A DNA stretch of 62,634 nucleotides, counting the filler, from Nemertoderma westbladi (taxonomy: Eukaryota; Animalia; Xenacoelomorpha), in assembly GCA_032718475.1 (NCBI GenBank). It is 3 parts of 3 records of this genome, joined end to end, with 100 filler letters (N's around TTAATTAATTAA, not from the genome) between each part and the next. Parts side by side here need not be neighbours in the genome. Positions count along the whole stretch, not along the records: positions 23,407 to 52,727 come from JAUCBJ010000654.1; 2 more parts are not named here. One strand, given 5' to 3'. This document shows, piece by piece, positions 35,334 through 48,889 of the stretch (positions are counted from its first letter, which is position 1; each line of letters starts with the position of its first letter). Below the pieces are notes generated by a model. The model was given only the letters and a program-made list of their open reading frames with translations, was not told where the DNA came from and did no database searches. The position numbers were made by a program, and so were the translations under genes.

Positions 35334-37074
35334 TATAACGATTGCGACTTACATTAAAGTGGTTTGAAGTGAATCTAATGATATTTCATAGGCACTACAT
35401 GTATTGTCTGTTGTTCTCTTTATATGTGACTAAAATTAGTGAAGGTCGGCAGATCAGTGTGCAGCATTGTGCAGTATTGTGTATGATTGTGACTGATAAC
35501 AAAGCATCTCCTAAAGAATGCGCCATATACGTGAATCTATAGCCATCCCGTTGTGTCTAGTTTAAGTCATAACTCTGTTTACATATTTAGAGCGCCACGT
35601 CCTAAAGGAACTGTTAATATTTCCCGAAAGTGAATAATATTTGTCAGAGATTATATATTACGATCAGTCGAATAATACAGTAGGCCTACCCCGCAATACG
35701 GTTAGGCTTCCGAATCCAGTCTCCCGGGTATATCCAGCGGGTGAATGATCGCGCATAGACTGGCTTCGGCTAATGTAGTGTATCAAATACTTGTCATAGG
35801 CTAAAGACGATCTATTATCTAAAAGACATCCCAATTTGGCAGGTTAAACTGCTAAAGGTCTGAAAGCGCGAACATATGGAGACTAAGGTAGGGGTCGTGT
35901 GATCATGACCTACTATAGATACGACCTGGAAAGCTGCATACAGGGGTCAGGAAGTGTGTCCAGCGAAAACTAGCAATCCTATCATTGTAGAACCTTTACC
36001 TACTCCAACTAAATCGACTATGGCGATGTACATGGGCTTGATTAAAAGTCCCAGTTACCATGACAACCGGTAGTTTCGCCATACCAACCATTGATCTAAT
36101 CAACTTGAGACAACGGGACCAATTCCTACCCCCCACTATATCGACCAAAATAAATTTATTGATCATATTTTCAAGTAACAGTTACCATGGCAACCGGTAG
36201 TTTCGTTATGTAAACCTGCCTTGTGCCACTCAGCTTGTTTACGTAAACCATAACTTATTTCACATTTCAAGGTCTAGAATACATATTAGATAATTCGTAT
36301 TTATATTTTTCATTATTACGCTGATGTGTTGTTTTTACTATTTCAACTAATCATTTATTGGAACAGTTCCGTATGCGGGCGCATTTTCTAAAAAAAATTA
36401 TGAAATATATAGGCATATATTTTATAATATAATGTATATATGTAACGTATATGTAATGTATACGTGTGTATATGTAATGTATAATATTTATTTTATAACT
36501 AAATTACCACCGTTGACTTATAGAAAATGAGTCTATATTAAGCAAGGCATGGCTCTAGATCTTCAATTGGAAAGATTGGAAGAAAAAAAATGATGGAGTT
36601 TTCAAGTTTAATCTACCGTGAGTACGTGCATGTATCTTATTATTAGGTAAGTCAGTCAATAAGAATCTACGGCATTTCATTGTGAGTGATAATTGTTCTA
36701 TATTGTTAGTACTAGGACAAAAGTTATCTCAACATGGCTGAAATAAAACACTTTGTGAAAAGTATCTTAAGGAAAGTATCTATGGTTTCAATTCTAGAAC
36801 GTTGTTTTAAACTAAACTTTTTTAAGGTAGGATAATGAATTTAGTACAATTATTGTTCTTCCATTCTCACTCACCTGTGTCTACACTTAGGCCTACACGT
36901 TTAATTCCTTTGTGTATTTTACAGAAGGGATTGCATAAATTATGGCATAATTTTTACCCGCGCGCCACCCGGACTATGAATTTTAAATATTTTCATTAGT
37001 GAACGGGCATTATTAGTGCACCTTGGGTCACAATTTTCAACGACTTTTTTTATAGGTAAAAATATTTGTTCCAG

Positions 37075-37890
37075 GGGTAGACTGTTGAATACTGTTGGGG
37101 CGGCGATCGAAAAGCAGCAAGCTCCGTAACATTTAAGTTTATAACGGGGAACTTTAAGGGTCCAGAGGTAGTCAGTTCTTGTAGTAGAATAATTTGGTGT
37201 TAGTAGTTCCAAAATGTAGGCAGGTGCTTTATTATTGAGTGCTTTCCAGGTTAGAGTTGCAATTTTGTGTATCAATTCTTGATGATATTGGCAGCCAGTG
37301 TAAGGATTTTAGAATTGGTGTTATATGGGATAGTCTGGGAGTGTTGGTAATAATTCTAGCGCGTATTTCCACCCAATTCAACAAAGAAGCTGTTAGCGAA
37401 ATTATGGAAATTTGATCCACGTCCTTTAAGCAGTACATCGGTTTTATCATCGTTTAACTTAAGATGGAGGGTGTCTAAGGTTAGTTTGATGAACTCAACA
37501 CAACTTTGAATAGATGAAGCAAGTGCGTTTGAGACTAAACTATCGAAAACTAGAAATAATTGGTTGTCGTCTGCATATATATGGTATCCGACTTTCAGTT
37601 GGTCACAGGCATACACGACTGGCAAACAGTAAATTACGAAGAGGATGGCCCCAAGAATGCTCCCCTGTGGTACTCCAGACAGTAAGTCAACGACTCTGGC
37701 TGGAGGCCTGGCCGTTTATATAAACAACAAAGGACCTGTTGGTAATGTATGATTGAAACCATAATTATAGACTGTTCCTTGGACTCCTATATTCCACAGT
37801 CTTTCAAGGAGTATGTGACTGTCAACCAAATCAAAAGCAGCCGATTGGTCAAGAAGTATTAATGCTGTGAATTTTCTAGAATCAATAACC
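37075..37890 (-). mobile_element. Decayed L2/Crack/CR1-group LINE reverse transcriptase fragment
   Basis: LILLDQSAAFDLV, YHIYADDNQL, LKLNDDKTD, SHITPILKSLHWLPISSRI, KALNNKAPAYI, FSIAAPTVFNSLP across several frames. Confidence 0.88.
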
Positions 37891-38746
37891 TGTAAGTAAT
37901 TTAATATTTATATAATACTTATAAATATTAGTGACCAAAATGGAAAATTGGAGTCTATTTGTTAAAGTAATGCAAAACAAAACAAAAATGTAAACAAATT
38001 TATCGATATATATTTTACTTATTAGTAATTTAATAATTATTTAATACTGACAAATATTAGTTTTCAAAAATAAATTAGCCCATGGATTGGATATGTAAAG
38101 AAAAAATGTGGCTCATTCCTGTTTGGGGGCCTCCACCCTATAGTATTAGGTATTATAGTCATATTCCCTACTGTAACCCTGACCAGCTGACTGCACTGCA
38201 TCCTTCCTGCTTACAGGCTTAAGCCACTGCATACTTGTAGGGTGTAGCCCTACTTTTACTTTACTTTACTATAAAATTTTGCGGCAGAAAATGTGCCCTT
38301 CGCGCAGCACGTGAAAAAACTGTCTTTTCTAGAAAAATACTTCCTTTAAAGCGGAATTTCAGTGGTGGATAAAACACGGTCTCGGTCCTGAAACAACTCC
38401 TAATTGTGGCATTTATACGAAGCACGAGAAGTATTATTCATGTACCAATACCGATAGTCCGGTACCGTAATCAATAATTAATCAATTCTTAATAATAGTT
38501 TATTTAGTTCATTGTGTAATATATTATTATAGGCATAAGTAATTTTTAATTAATCGATGATTTTTAATACGTTTTTTTAAGTCAAATACCGGTACGAAAA
38601 TTATTATTAAGCAATAATTATACAGTGCATATTTTTCGGAAATGTGGAATTTTGTACTGGGCCTAATTTTTAATTTAATCTATACAACAGTAATTAATCA
38701 ATTTTTCATTATTTGGCATTTCTTAATAGTTTCTTAATAGTTAATT

Positions 38747-41700
38747 CGAGTCATTAGTGCCCGAGGACCTTGTCTACAAGTGAAACGTTAGTGCCCGCGA
38801 GTCATTAGTGCCCGAGGACCTTGCCTGCACGTGAGACGTTAGTGCCCGCGAGTCATTAGTGCCCGAGGACCTTGCCTGCACGTGAGACGTTAGTGCCCAA
38901 GAGTCATTAGTGCCCGAGGACCTTGCCTGCAAGTGAGACGTTAGTGCCCGCGTGTCATTAGTGCCCGATGACCTTGCCTTCAAGTGAGACGTTAGTGCCG
39001 CGAGTCATTAGTGCCCGGGAACCATGTCTGCAAGTGAGACGTTAGTGCCCGCGTGTCATTAGTGCCCGAGGACCTTGCCTGCAAGTGAGACGTTAGTGCC
39101 GCGAGCCATTAGTGCCCGGGAACCATGTCTGCAATTGAGACGTTAGTGCCCAAGAGTCATTAGTGCCCGAGGACCTTGTCTGCAAGTGAGACGTTAGTGC
39201 CGCGAGTCATTAGTGCCCGGGAACCATGTCTGCAAGTGAGACGTTAGTGCCCAAGAGTCATTAGTGCCCGAGGACCTTGTCTGCAAGTGAGACGTTAGTG
39301 CCGCGAGTCATTAGTGCCCGGAAACCATGCCTGCAAGTGAGACGTTAGTGCCCGCGAGTAATTAGTGCCCGAGGACCTTGCCTGCAAGTAAGACGTTAGT
39401 GCCCACGAGTCATTAGTGCCCGGGAACCATGTCTGCAAGTGAGACGTTAGTGCCCGCGAGTCATTAGTGCCCGAGGACCTTGCCTGCAAGTGAGACGTTA
39501 GTGCCCACGAGTCATTAGTGCCCGAGGACCTTGCCTGCAAGTGACACGTTAGTGCCGCGAGTCATTAGTGCCCGAGGACCTTGCCTGCAAGTGAGACGTT
39601 AGTGCCCACGAGTCATTAGTGCCCGGGAACCATGTCTGCAAGTGAGACGTTAGTGCCCGCGAGTCATTAGTGCCCGAGGACCTTGCCTGCAAGTGAGACG
39701 TTAGTGCCCGCGAGTCATTAGTGCCCGAGGACCTGGTCTGCAAGTAAGACGTTAGTGCCCGAGGACCTTGTTTGCAAGTGAGACGTTAGTGCCCGCGAGT
39801 CATTAGTGCCCGAGGACCTTGCCTGCAAGTGAGATGTTAGTGCCCGCGAGTCATTAGTGCCCGAGGACCTTGTCTGCAAGTGAGACGTTAGTGCCCACGA
39901 GTCATTAGTGCCCGAGGACCTTGTCTACAAGTAAGACTTTAGCGCCAGCGAGTCATTAGTGCCCGAGGACCTTGCCTGCAAGTGAGACGTTAGTGCCCAC
40001 GAGTCATTAGTACACGAGGACCTTGTCTACAAGTAAGACTTTAGTGCCAGCGAGTCATTAGTGCCCGAGTACCTTGTCTGCAAGTGAGACTTTAGTGCCC
40101 GAGAGTCATTAGTGCCCGAGGACCTTGCCTGCAAGTGAGACGTTAGTGCCCGCGAGTCATTAGTGCCCGAGGACCTTGCCTGCAAGTGAGACGTTAGTGC
40201 CCACGAGTCATTAGTGCCCGGGAACCATGTCTGCAAGTGAGACATTAGTGCCCGCTGGTCATTAGTGCCCGAGGACCTTGCCTGCAAGTGAGACGTTAGT
40301 GCCCACGAGTCATTAGTGCACGGGAACCATGTCTGCAAGTGAGACGTTAGTGCCCGCGAGTCATTAGTGCCCGAGGACCTTGCCTGCAAGTAAGACGTTA
40401 GTGACCACGAGTCATTAGTGCCCGAGGGCCTTGTTTGCAAGTGAGACGTTAGTGCCCTCGAGTCTTTAGTGCCCGAGGACCTAGCCTGCAAGTGAGACGT
40501 TAGTGCCTACGAATCATTAGTGCCCGAGGACCTTGCCTGCAAGTAAGACGTTAGTGCCCGCGAGTCATTAGTGCCCGAGGACCTTGTCTACAAGTAAGAC
40601 TTTAGCGCCAGCGAGTCATTAGTGCCCGAGGACCTTGCCTGCAAGTGAGACGTTAGTGCCCACGAGTCATTAGTACACGAGGACCATGTCTGCAAGTGAG
40701 ACGTTAGTGCCCGCGAGTCATTAGTGCCCGAGTACCTTGTCTGCAAGTGAGACTTTAGTGCCCGAGAGTCATTAGTGCCCGAGGACCTTGCCTGCAAGTG
40801 AGACGTTAGTGCCCGCGAGTCATTAGTGCCCGAGGACCTTGCCTGCAAGTGAGATGTTAGTGCCCACGAGTCATTAGTGCCCGGGAACCATGTCTGCAAG
40901 TGAGACATTAGTGCCCGCGGGTCATTAGTGCCCGAGGACCTTGCCTGCAAGTGAGACGTTAGTGCCCACGAGTCATTAGTGCACGGGAACCATGTCTGCA
41001 AGTGAGACGTTAGTGCCCGCGAGTCATTAGTGCCCGAGGACCTTGCCTGCAAGTAAGACGTTAGTGACCACGAGTCATTAGTGCCCGAGGGCCTTGTTTG
41101 CAAGTGAGACGTTAGTACCCGCGAGTCATTAGTGCCCGAGGACCTAGCCTGCAAGTGAGACGTTAGTGCCCACGAATCATTAGTGCCCGAGGACCTTGCC
41201 TGCAAGTAAGACGTTAGTGCCCGCGAGTCATTAGTGCCCGAGGACCGTGTCTACAAGTAAGAGTTTAGTGCCAGCGAGTCATTAGTGCCCGAGGACCTTG
41301 CCTGCAAGTAGTGAAGTGAGACGTTAGTGCCCACGAGTCATTAGTGCCCGAGGACCTTGCCTGCAAGTAAGACGTTAGTGCCCGCGAGTCATTAGTGCCC
41401 GAGGACCTTGTCTAGAAGTAAGAGTTTAGTGCCAGCGAGTCATTAGTGCCCGAGGACCTTGCCTGCAAGTAAGACGTTAGTGACCACGAGTCATTAGTGC
41501 CCGAGGGCCTTGTTTGCAAGTGAGACGTTAGTACCCGCGAGTCATTAGTGCCCGAGGACCTTGCCTGCAAGTGAGACGTTAGTGCCCACGAGTCATTAGT
41601 GCCCGAGGACCTTACCTGCAAGTAAGACGTTAGTGCCCGCGAGTCATTAGTGCCCGAGGACCTTGTCTACAAGTAAGAGTTTAGTGCCCACGAGTCATTA

Positions 41701-43924
41701 GTGCCCGAGGACCTTGCCTGCAAGTAAGACGTTAGTGCCCGCGAGTCATTAGTGCCCGAGGACCTTGCCTGCAAGTAAGACGTTAGTGACCACGAGTCAT
41801 TAGTGCCCGAGGGCCTTGTTTGCAAGTGAGACGTTAGTACCCGCGAGTCATTAGTGCCCGAGGACCTTGCCTGCAAGTGAGACGTTAGTGCCCACGAGTC
41901 ATTAGTGCCCGAGGACCGTGCCTGCAAGTAAGACGTTAGTGCCCGCGAGTCATTAGTGCCCGAGGACCTTGTCTACAAGTAAGAGTTTAGTGCCAGCGAG
42001 TCATTAGTGCCCGAGGACCTTGCCTGCAAGTAAGACGTTAGTGACCACGAGTCATTAGTGCCCGAGGGCCTTGTTTGCAAGTGAGACGTTAGTACCCGCG
42101 AGTCTTTGGTGCCCGAGGACCTTGCCTGCAAGTGAGACGTTAGTACCCGCGAGTCATTAGTGCCCGAGGACCTTGCCTGCAAGTGAGACGTTAGTGCCCG
42201 CGAGTCATTAGTGCCCGAGGACCTTGCCTGCAAGTGAGACGTTAGTGCCCGCGAGTCATTAGTGCCCGAGGACCTTGCCTGCAAGTGAGACGTTAGTGCC
42301 CACGAGTCATTAGTACACGAGGACCTTGTCTACAAGTAAGACTTTAGTGCCAGCGAGTCATTAGTGCCCGAGTACCTTGTCTGCAAGTGAGACTTTAGTG
42401 CCCGAGAGTCATTAGTGCCCGAGGACCTTGCCTGCAAGTGAGACGTTAGTGCCCGCGAGTCATTAGTGCCCGAGGACCTTGCCTGCAAGTGAGACGTTAG
42501 TGCCCACGAATCATTAGTGCCCGAGGACCTTGCCTGCAAGTAAGACGTTAGTGCCCGCGAGTCATTAGTGCCCGAGGACCGTGTCTACAAGTAAGAGTTT
42601 AGTGCCAGCGAGTCATTAGTGCCCGAGGACCTTGCCTGCAAGTAGTGAAGTGAGACGTTAGTGCCCACGAGTCATTAGTGCCCGAGGACCTTGCCTGCAA
42701 GTAAGACGTTAGTGCCCGCGAGTCATTAGTGCCCGAGGACCTTGTCTAGAAGTAAGAGTTTAGTGCCAGCGAGTCATTAGTGCCCGAGGACCTTGCCTGC
42801 AAGTAAGACGTTAGTGACCACGAGTCATTAGTGCCCGAGGGCCTTGTTTGCAAGTGAGACGTTAGTACCCGCGAGTCATTAGTGCCCGAGGACCTTGCCT
42901 GCAAGTGAGACGTTAGTGCCCACGAGTCATTAGTGCCCGAGGACCTTACCTGCAAGTAAGACGTTAGTGCCCGCGAGTCATTAGTGCCCGAGGACCTTGT
43001 CTACAAGTAAGAGTTTAGTGCCCACGAGTCATTAGTGCCCGAGGACCTTGCCTGCAAGTAAGACGTTAGTGCCCGCGAGTCATTAGTGCCCGAGGACCTT
43101 GCCTGCAAGTAAGACGTTAGTGGCCACGAGTCATTAGTGCCCGAGGGCCTTGTTTGCAAGTGAGACGTTAGTACCCGCGAGTCATTAGTGCCCGAGGACC
43201 TTGCCTGCAAGTGAGACGTTAGTGCCCACGAGTCATTAGTGCCCGAGGACCGTGCCTGCAAGTAAGACGTTAGTGCCCGCGAGTCATTAGTGCCCGAGGA
43301 CCTTGTCTACAAGTAAGAGTTTAGTGCCAGCGAGTCATTAGTGCCCGAGGACCTTGCCTGCAAGTAAGACGTTAGTGACCACGAGTCATTAGTGCCCGAG
43401 GGCCTTGTTTGCAAGTGAGACGTTAGTACCCGCGAGTCTTTGGTGCCCGAGGACCTTGCATGCAAGTGAGACGTTAGTACCCGCGAGTCATTAGTGCCCG
43501 AGGACCTTGCCTGCAAGTGAGACGTTAGTGCCCGCGAGTCATTAGTGCCCGAGGACCTTGCCTGCAAGTGAGACGTTAGTGCCCGCGAGTCATTAGTGCC
43601 CGAGGACCTTGCCTGCAAGTGAGACGTTAGTGCCCACGAGTCATTAGTACACGAGGACCTTGTCTACAAGTAAGACTTTAGTGCCAGCGAGTCATTAGTG
43701 CCCGAGTACCTTGTCTGCAAGTGAGACTTTAGTGCCCGAGAGTCATTAGTGCCCGAGGACCTTGCCTGCAAGTGAGACGTTAGTGCCCGCGAGTCATTAG
43801 TGCCCGAGGACCTTGCCTGCAAGTGAGACGTTAGTGCCCACGAGTCATTAGTGCCCGGGAACCATGTCTGCAAGTGAGACATTAGTGCCCGCGGGTCATT
43901 AGTGCCCGAGGACCTTGCCTGCAA
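38747..43924. repeat. 51-bp satellite (~100 units) with higher-order duplication
   Basis: Unit GAGTCATTAGTGCCCGAGGACCTTGCCTGCAAGTGAGACGTTAGTGCCCGC. Variant blocks recur with a 1334-bp offset (41412/42746, 41667/43001, 41973/43307). Confidence 0.96.
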
Positions 43925-46495
43925 CCCTATTGAAAAATCAGAGTAGACTAACTAAGCCCATGCCATTTACAGTGTAAATATTTGTTAAATTTGTTAAGTC
44001 TGAAGTACTTTTGTAATCTACAATGTTTTAAAAATCGAGTACTAGATATTCCAAGTATTTATCAGTACTTAACAAATATACAAAAATATTTCCAATCCTT
44101 ATTATATTTGAAAAAATTTAGCAAATTTGACAAATTTTTAAGTGGAAATTATAACAAATTTGTGAAGTCATTTCATGGAATTACAGAGGGGGAGAATTTC
44201 CTACCTACATAATATCCCGCTTTTTTTCAATTAAATTTGTCCAATAGAAGTGAAGTATATTGTAGGCCTACAAAGGATAGCAATGTTTTGGCGGGCATTC
44301 CATATCATACTAGGCTTTGAAGATTTGTTGTATTGAACTGGTGGTACCAACTACAGGTTACTTTCTGTCAACAAGGACTACTATAATAAGGACTGCTGGC
44401 ACATCAGATCTTCAGGTACCGCTAGTGGGGGCCATTCTGTATGTAATGCTGCAATTACACTGATACATGCAGTATACTGAATTTCCAATGCAGTCTCTAT
44501 GGCAGTATGGTAATAATTTTTATAGGCTGTGGCTGCTATTTCTTTGTTTTATACCAGTATACTGTTATAGTAGGCCCTACTGCTGTAGTAATTTAATACA
44601 GTAGGCCTAATAATGAATAAGGTGATATTAATTATTGCTGATTATTGCTGATAGTGATAGGCTGATAAGGGCCTAGTGGATAGCCTAGTCTAGTGATACT
44701 TAGAAGTGCTGTGTTGTTGGTTGCACTGGCAACAACTCTGGAAACACAGTGCGGACTGTTAAACTAAACCGCGTTCGGGTCGCCCAAACGCAGAAACGCG
44801 ATCCGTGGATTGCTGCATCGCCCTGTAGGAAGGAGACTGACGGCTCTGCGCTGCGTATATCTCAGTATCGCACTCTGTACCGCATATGAAAGTCGCTGGA
44901 GGTACTTACGACCATCGGTTCCGCCATTCCACTTCCATGGGGTCCCGATGGCTTGCGTTCCTGCACGCACCTCCTTCAGCCTTACGAGTAAGTCTGTAAG
45001 TTGCCGATTCCGATTGAAATTCGGCAAATTTCTTACCTCAATGCAACAATGAGAAGGACCGTATCAGTTAGTTATGGTAAACTCGTTGCCGGTATCGATT
45101 TGTGGGTGGCTATTTTGGACGGATTGATCTAAGTCAGAGAGAACCTGAGAACTCTTGTGCACTGATATCTATAGATCTACGTTTCAGCACAGAGTTCTAC
45201 CGACGAGAAACTCTCTCTGCATTACTGTCTCGGTTGTTATTATAACCAACTTTTCCAATGGCCACGACTGACAGAAGTCGTTGCTGCGTTTCGCCGTTCT
45301 CCGGATTCAACCACTAAATAATGGTAATTTAAATAAGGCCCGCCTCACCAACTCGTTCGGAGAGTGGTTGAATCCGGTTTCTGAAAATATGAAGAGCCAG
45401 TTGGAGTTCTTGTCCCGTCATCTGGAACTTCATTGAGGCTCTAAAACGTACTCCAAGTCTGACTACCTGGTGGCGATACAGGGATTCCCGAAGATGCCGT
45501 ATACGATATTGAAACTTAGTGATTTTACCATCAGAACGAAAAATGAGATCTCTAAAACAGGCAGTAAATAGTCGAATCTTAAAATAATGGTGTATAAACA
45601 TTATCTTAGTTAACTACTGGTGTGTGAACGTGCATTTATTTTATTCCGTATGTTTTAATGCGTCATTAAATAAAATTCAATCTGCCTTCAAGAAAGTACC
45701 TACACCTATGGTAGATACTGTTTAATTTGTTTTTGTTATACATTAATTTTTTATGGTTAATTATACTTGTTAACTATACAGCAATTTTATTATACGCCAT
45801 TGTAGTATGCACATCACAGCATTACATGCCAAGTGCACTTGGCAGTATTATGAGTTAACGACCCTTGTCGGCCTCAATTATCGCACTGATTTGCTTCGCT
45901 TGTAAAACGAAGTCATTATACCACGACAAAGTTTTCAATGCCAACTACTACTTAACACGCAATGCTGTCAATAGTTATAGCGGCTGGTTTTTTCAAACCC
46001 CTCCTGTGAAAATGTATAAATGGAACATGTTTTACATTAAATGTAAAACATGTTCCATTCATTTAAATTAAATAAAGCAGATAGGGGGGGGGGGACGCAA
46101 TAAAAATTCATCCCTTACTAGGGGAAATTCGACGCAAATAACAGCTGATTACACTCAAATATAAAACTGTAACCTGTTTAAATGAATTACTTATGTTGAC
46201 TCTTTGATTTCTTGTTTAATTAGTCTTAGATACTATATTTGTTATTCTGATGCCTAAATTTGCTGATTTGAGAATTATAAATTAATAGATACATTGTGTT
46301 TTATTTCATTATTCATATTGTTTTAGTGTGAAACGCAATTTGTATTGTAATAAATGTTAAATAATAATTGATATATTATTTTTATTCGAAAATGAAAATT
46401 TATGAAACTCAGGCAGATCAGGATCTATATATAATGACGTATAGATAAGACCGGTGAGATTCAGTCCGTCCATAGAAAGCAGCATATATGAGATA

Positions 46496-46698
46496 GGAAG
46501 GCGTTCATAAAGTAGCTCACGCAAATTTTACAGATTTTTGACCCCCCCCCCCCCCCCCCACCCTCTGTCACAAAGTGTCATGCAAGCTCGACCCCCCTAC
46601 CCTCTGTAACAATTGTAAATTTGTAGGCTTAATACCCCCAAACAATACCCCCCCCCCCCCCCCCCCCCCTCTGTGCGTGACAATTTATGAACGCCCCC
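46496..46698. mobile_element. ~200-bp MITE (PIF/Harbinger-like termini)
   Basis: Left GGCGTTCATAAAGTAGCTCACGCA; the right end reverse-complements to GGGGGCGTTCATAAATTGTCACGCA. Internal poly-C tracts. Confidence 0.7.
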
Positions 46699-47248
46699 TA
46701 GGCACCTTTTACGGAGAGATACTCGTCTCTATACCGCCTTAAAACGACTCGACCTGGTATCATTAAAGTGCTAGATCGGTATATCACAAATAATAAATAA
46801 CAAGAATATAATAAAACGTATTACAATATTTGAGTATTTCACTTACATTAAAGTACGGCACCTAAACAATGACAAATAAAAATTAGATTCATCTTGATGT
46901 TTCATTAAAAATTGGAAGAATGTAACACCTGTACAGTCACCATATATTTCGAAGTCAATACAATTTTATATTTTCAAATTACATGGTTGAGACATACTAA
47001 TCTTTCTAAGTGCCTCTTTAAAACTTGTTATACCCTCTAAAACTAAGTAGTTGTACATATAAATACATTCAAAGCCCTTGCTAGAAACTTTCTAAGCTTT
47101 CAAAGTATATGCATTAAACTTGCTATACTTAGTAGAACTACCTAGTTGCACCTACAGATATGTTAAGTACTTACAACATACTTGGTCCACACCATTGCTA
47201 AAACTTAAAAGGCTAGCTTTGCAAATATCGCAAGTTATTTAAATAGGG

Positions 47249-48850
47249 AAGTGAGACGTTAGTGCCCACGAGTCATTAGTGCACGGGAACCATGTCTGCA
47301 AGTGAGACGTTAGTGCCCGCGAGTCATTAGTGCCCGAGGACCTTGCCTGCAAGTAAGACGTTAGTGACCACGAGTCATTAGTGCCCGAGGGCCTTGTTTG
47401 CAAGTGAGACGTTAGTACCCGCGAGTCATTAGTGCCCGAGGACCTAAGCCTGCAAGTGAGACGTTAGTGCCTGCAAGTCATTAGTGCTCGGAAACCATTT
47501 CTGCGAGTAAGACGTTAGTGCCCGCGAGTCATTAGTGCTCGGAAACCATGTCTGCAAGTAAGACGTTAGTGCCCGCGAGTCATTAGTGCTCGGAAACCAT
47601 GTCTGCGAGTAAGACATTATTGCCCGCGAGTCATTAGTGCCCGGAAACCATGTCTGCAAGTAAGACGTTAGTGCCCGCGAGTCATTAGTGCTCGGAAACC
47701 ATGTCTGCGAGTAAGACGTTATTGCCCGCGAGTCATTAGTGCCCGGAAACCATGTCTGCGAGTAAGATGTTAGAGCCCGCGAGTCATTAGTGCCCCCGAA
47801 ACCATGTCTGCGAGTAAGATGTTAGTGCACACGAGTCATTAGTGCCCGGAAACCATGTCTGCAAGTAAGACGTTAGTGCCCGCGAGTCATTAGTGCTCGG
47901 AAACCATGTCTGCGAGTAAGACGTTATTGCCCGCGAGTCATTAGTGCCCGGAAACCATGTCTGCAAGTAAGACGTTAGTGCCCGCGAGTCATTAGTGCTC
48001 GGAAACCATGTCTGCGAGTAAGACGTTATTGCCCGCGAGTCATTAGTGCCCGGAAACCATGTCTGCGAGTAAGATGTTAGAGCCCGCGAGTCATTAGTGC
48101 CCGGAAACCATGTCTGCGAGTAAGATGTTAGTGCCCACGAGTCATTAGTGCCCGGAAACCATGTGCGCAAGTAAGACGTTAGTGCCCACGAGTCATTAGT
48201 GCCCGGAAAACATGTCTGCGAGTAAGACGTTAGTGCCCGCGAGTCATTAGTGCCCGGAAACCATGTCTGCAAGTAAGACGTTAGTGCCCGCGAGTTATTA
48301 GTGACCGGAAACCATGTCTGCAAGTAAGACGTTAGTGCCCGCAAGTCATTAGTGCCCGGAAACCATGTCTGCGAGTAAGACGTTAGTGCCCGCGAGTCAT
48401 TAGTGCCCTAGGACCTTGTCTGCTAGTGAGACGTTAGTGCCCGCGAGTCATTAGTGCCCGAGGACCTGGTCTGCAAGTAAGACGTTAGTGCCCGAGGACC
48501 TTGTTTGCAAGTGAGACGTTAGTGCCCGCGAGTCATTAGTGCCCGAGGACCTTGCCTGCAAGTGAGACGTTAGTGCCCGCGAGTCATTAGTGCCCGAGGA
48601 CCTTGTCTGCAAGTGAGACGTTAGTGCCCACGAGTCTTTAGTGCCCGAGGACCTTGTCTACAAGTAAGAGTTTAGTGCCAGCGAGTCATTAGTGCCCGAG
48701 AACCTTGCCTGCAAGTGAGACGTTAGTGCCCGCGAGTCTTTAGTGCCCGAGGACCTTGTCTACAAGTAAGAGTTTAGTGCCAGCGAGTCATTAGTGCCCG
48801 AGAACCTTGCCTGCAAGTGAGACGTTAGTGCCCACGAATCATTAGTCCCC
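47249..48850. repeat. Second array of the 51-bp satellite family (~31 units)
   Basis: Same unit, enriched in the GGAAACCATGTCTGCGAGTAAG variant. Confidence 0.95.
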
Positions 48851-48889
48851 GCACTGAATTTGGAAGTTAGTATAAGGTTATATAGTATA

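Noticed and set aside
38774-48344. Many short QARSSGTNDS-type ORFs
   Set aside because: Translations of the 51-bp satellite, broken by frequent stops.
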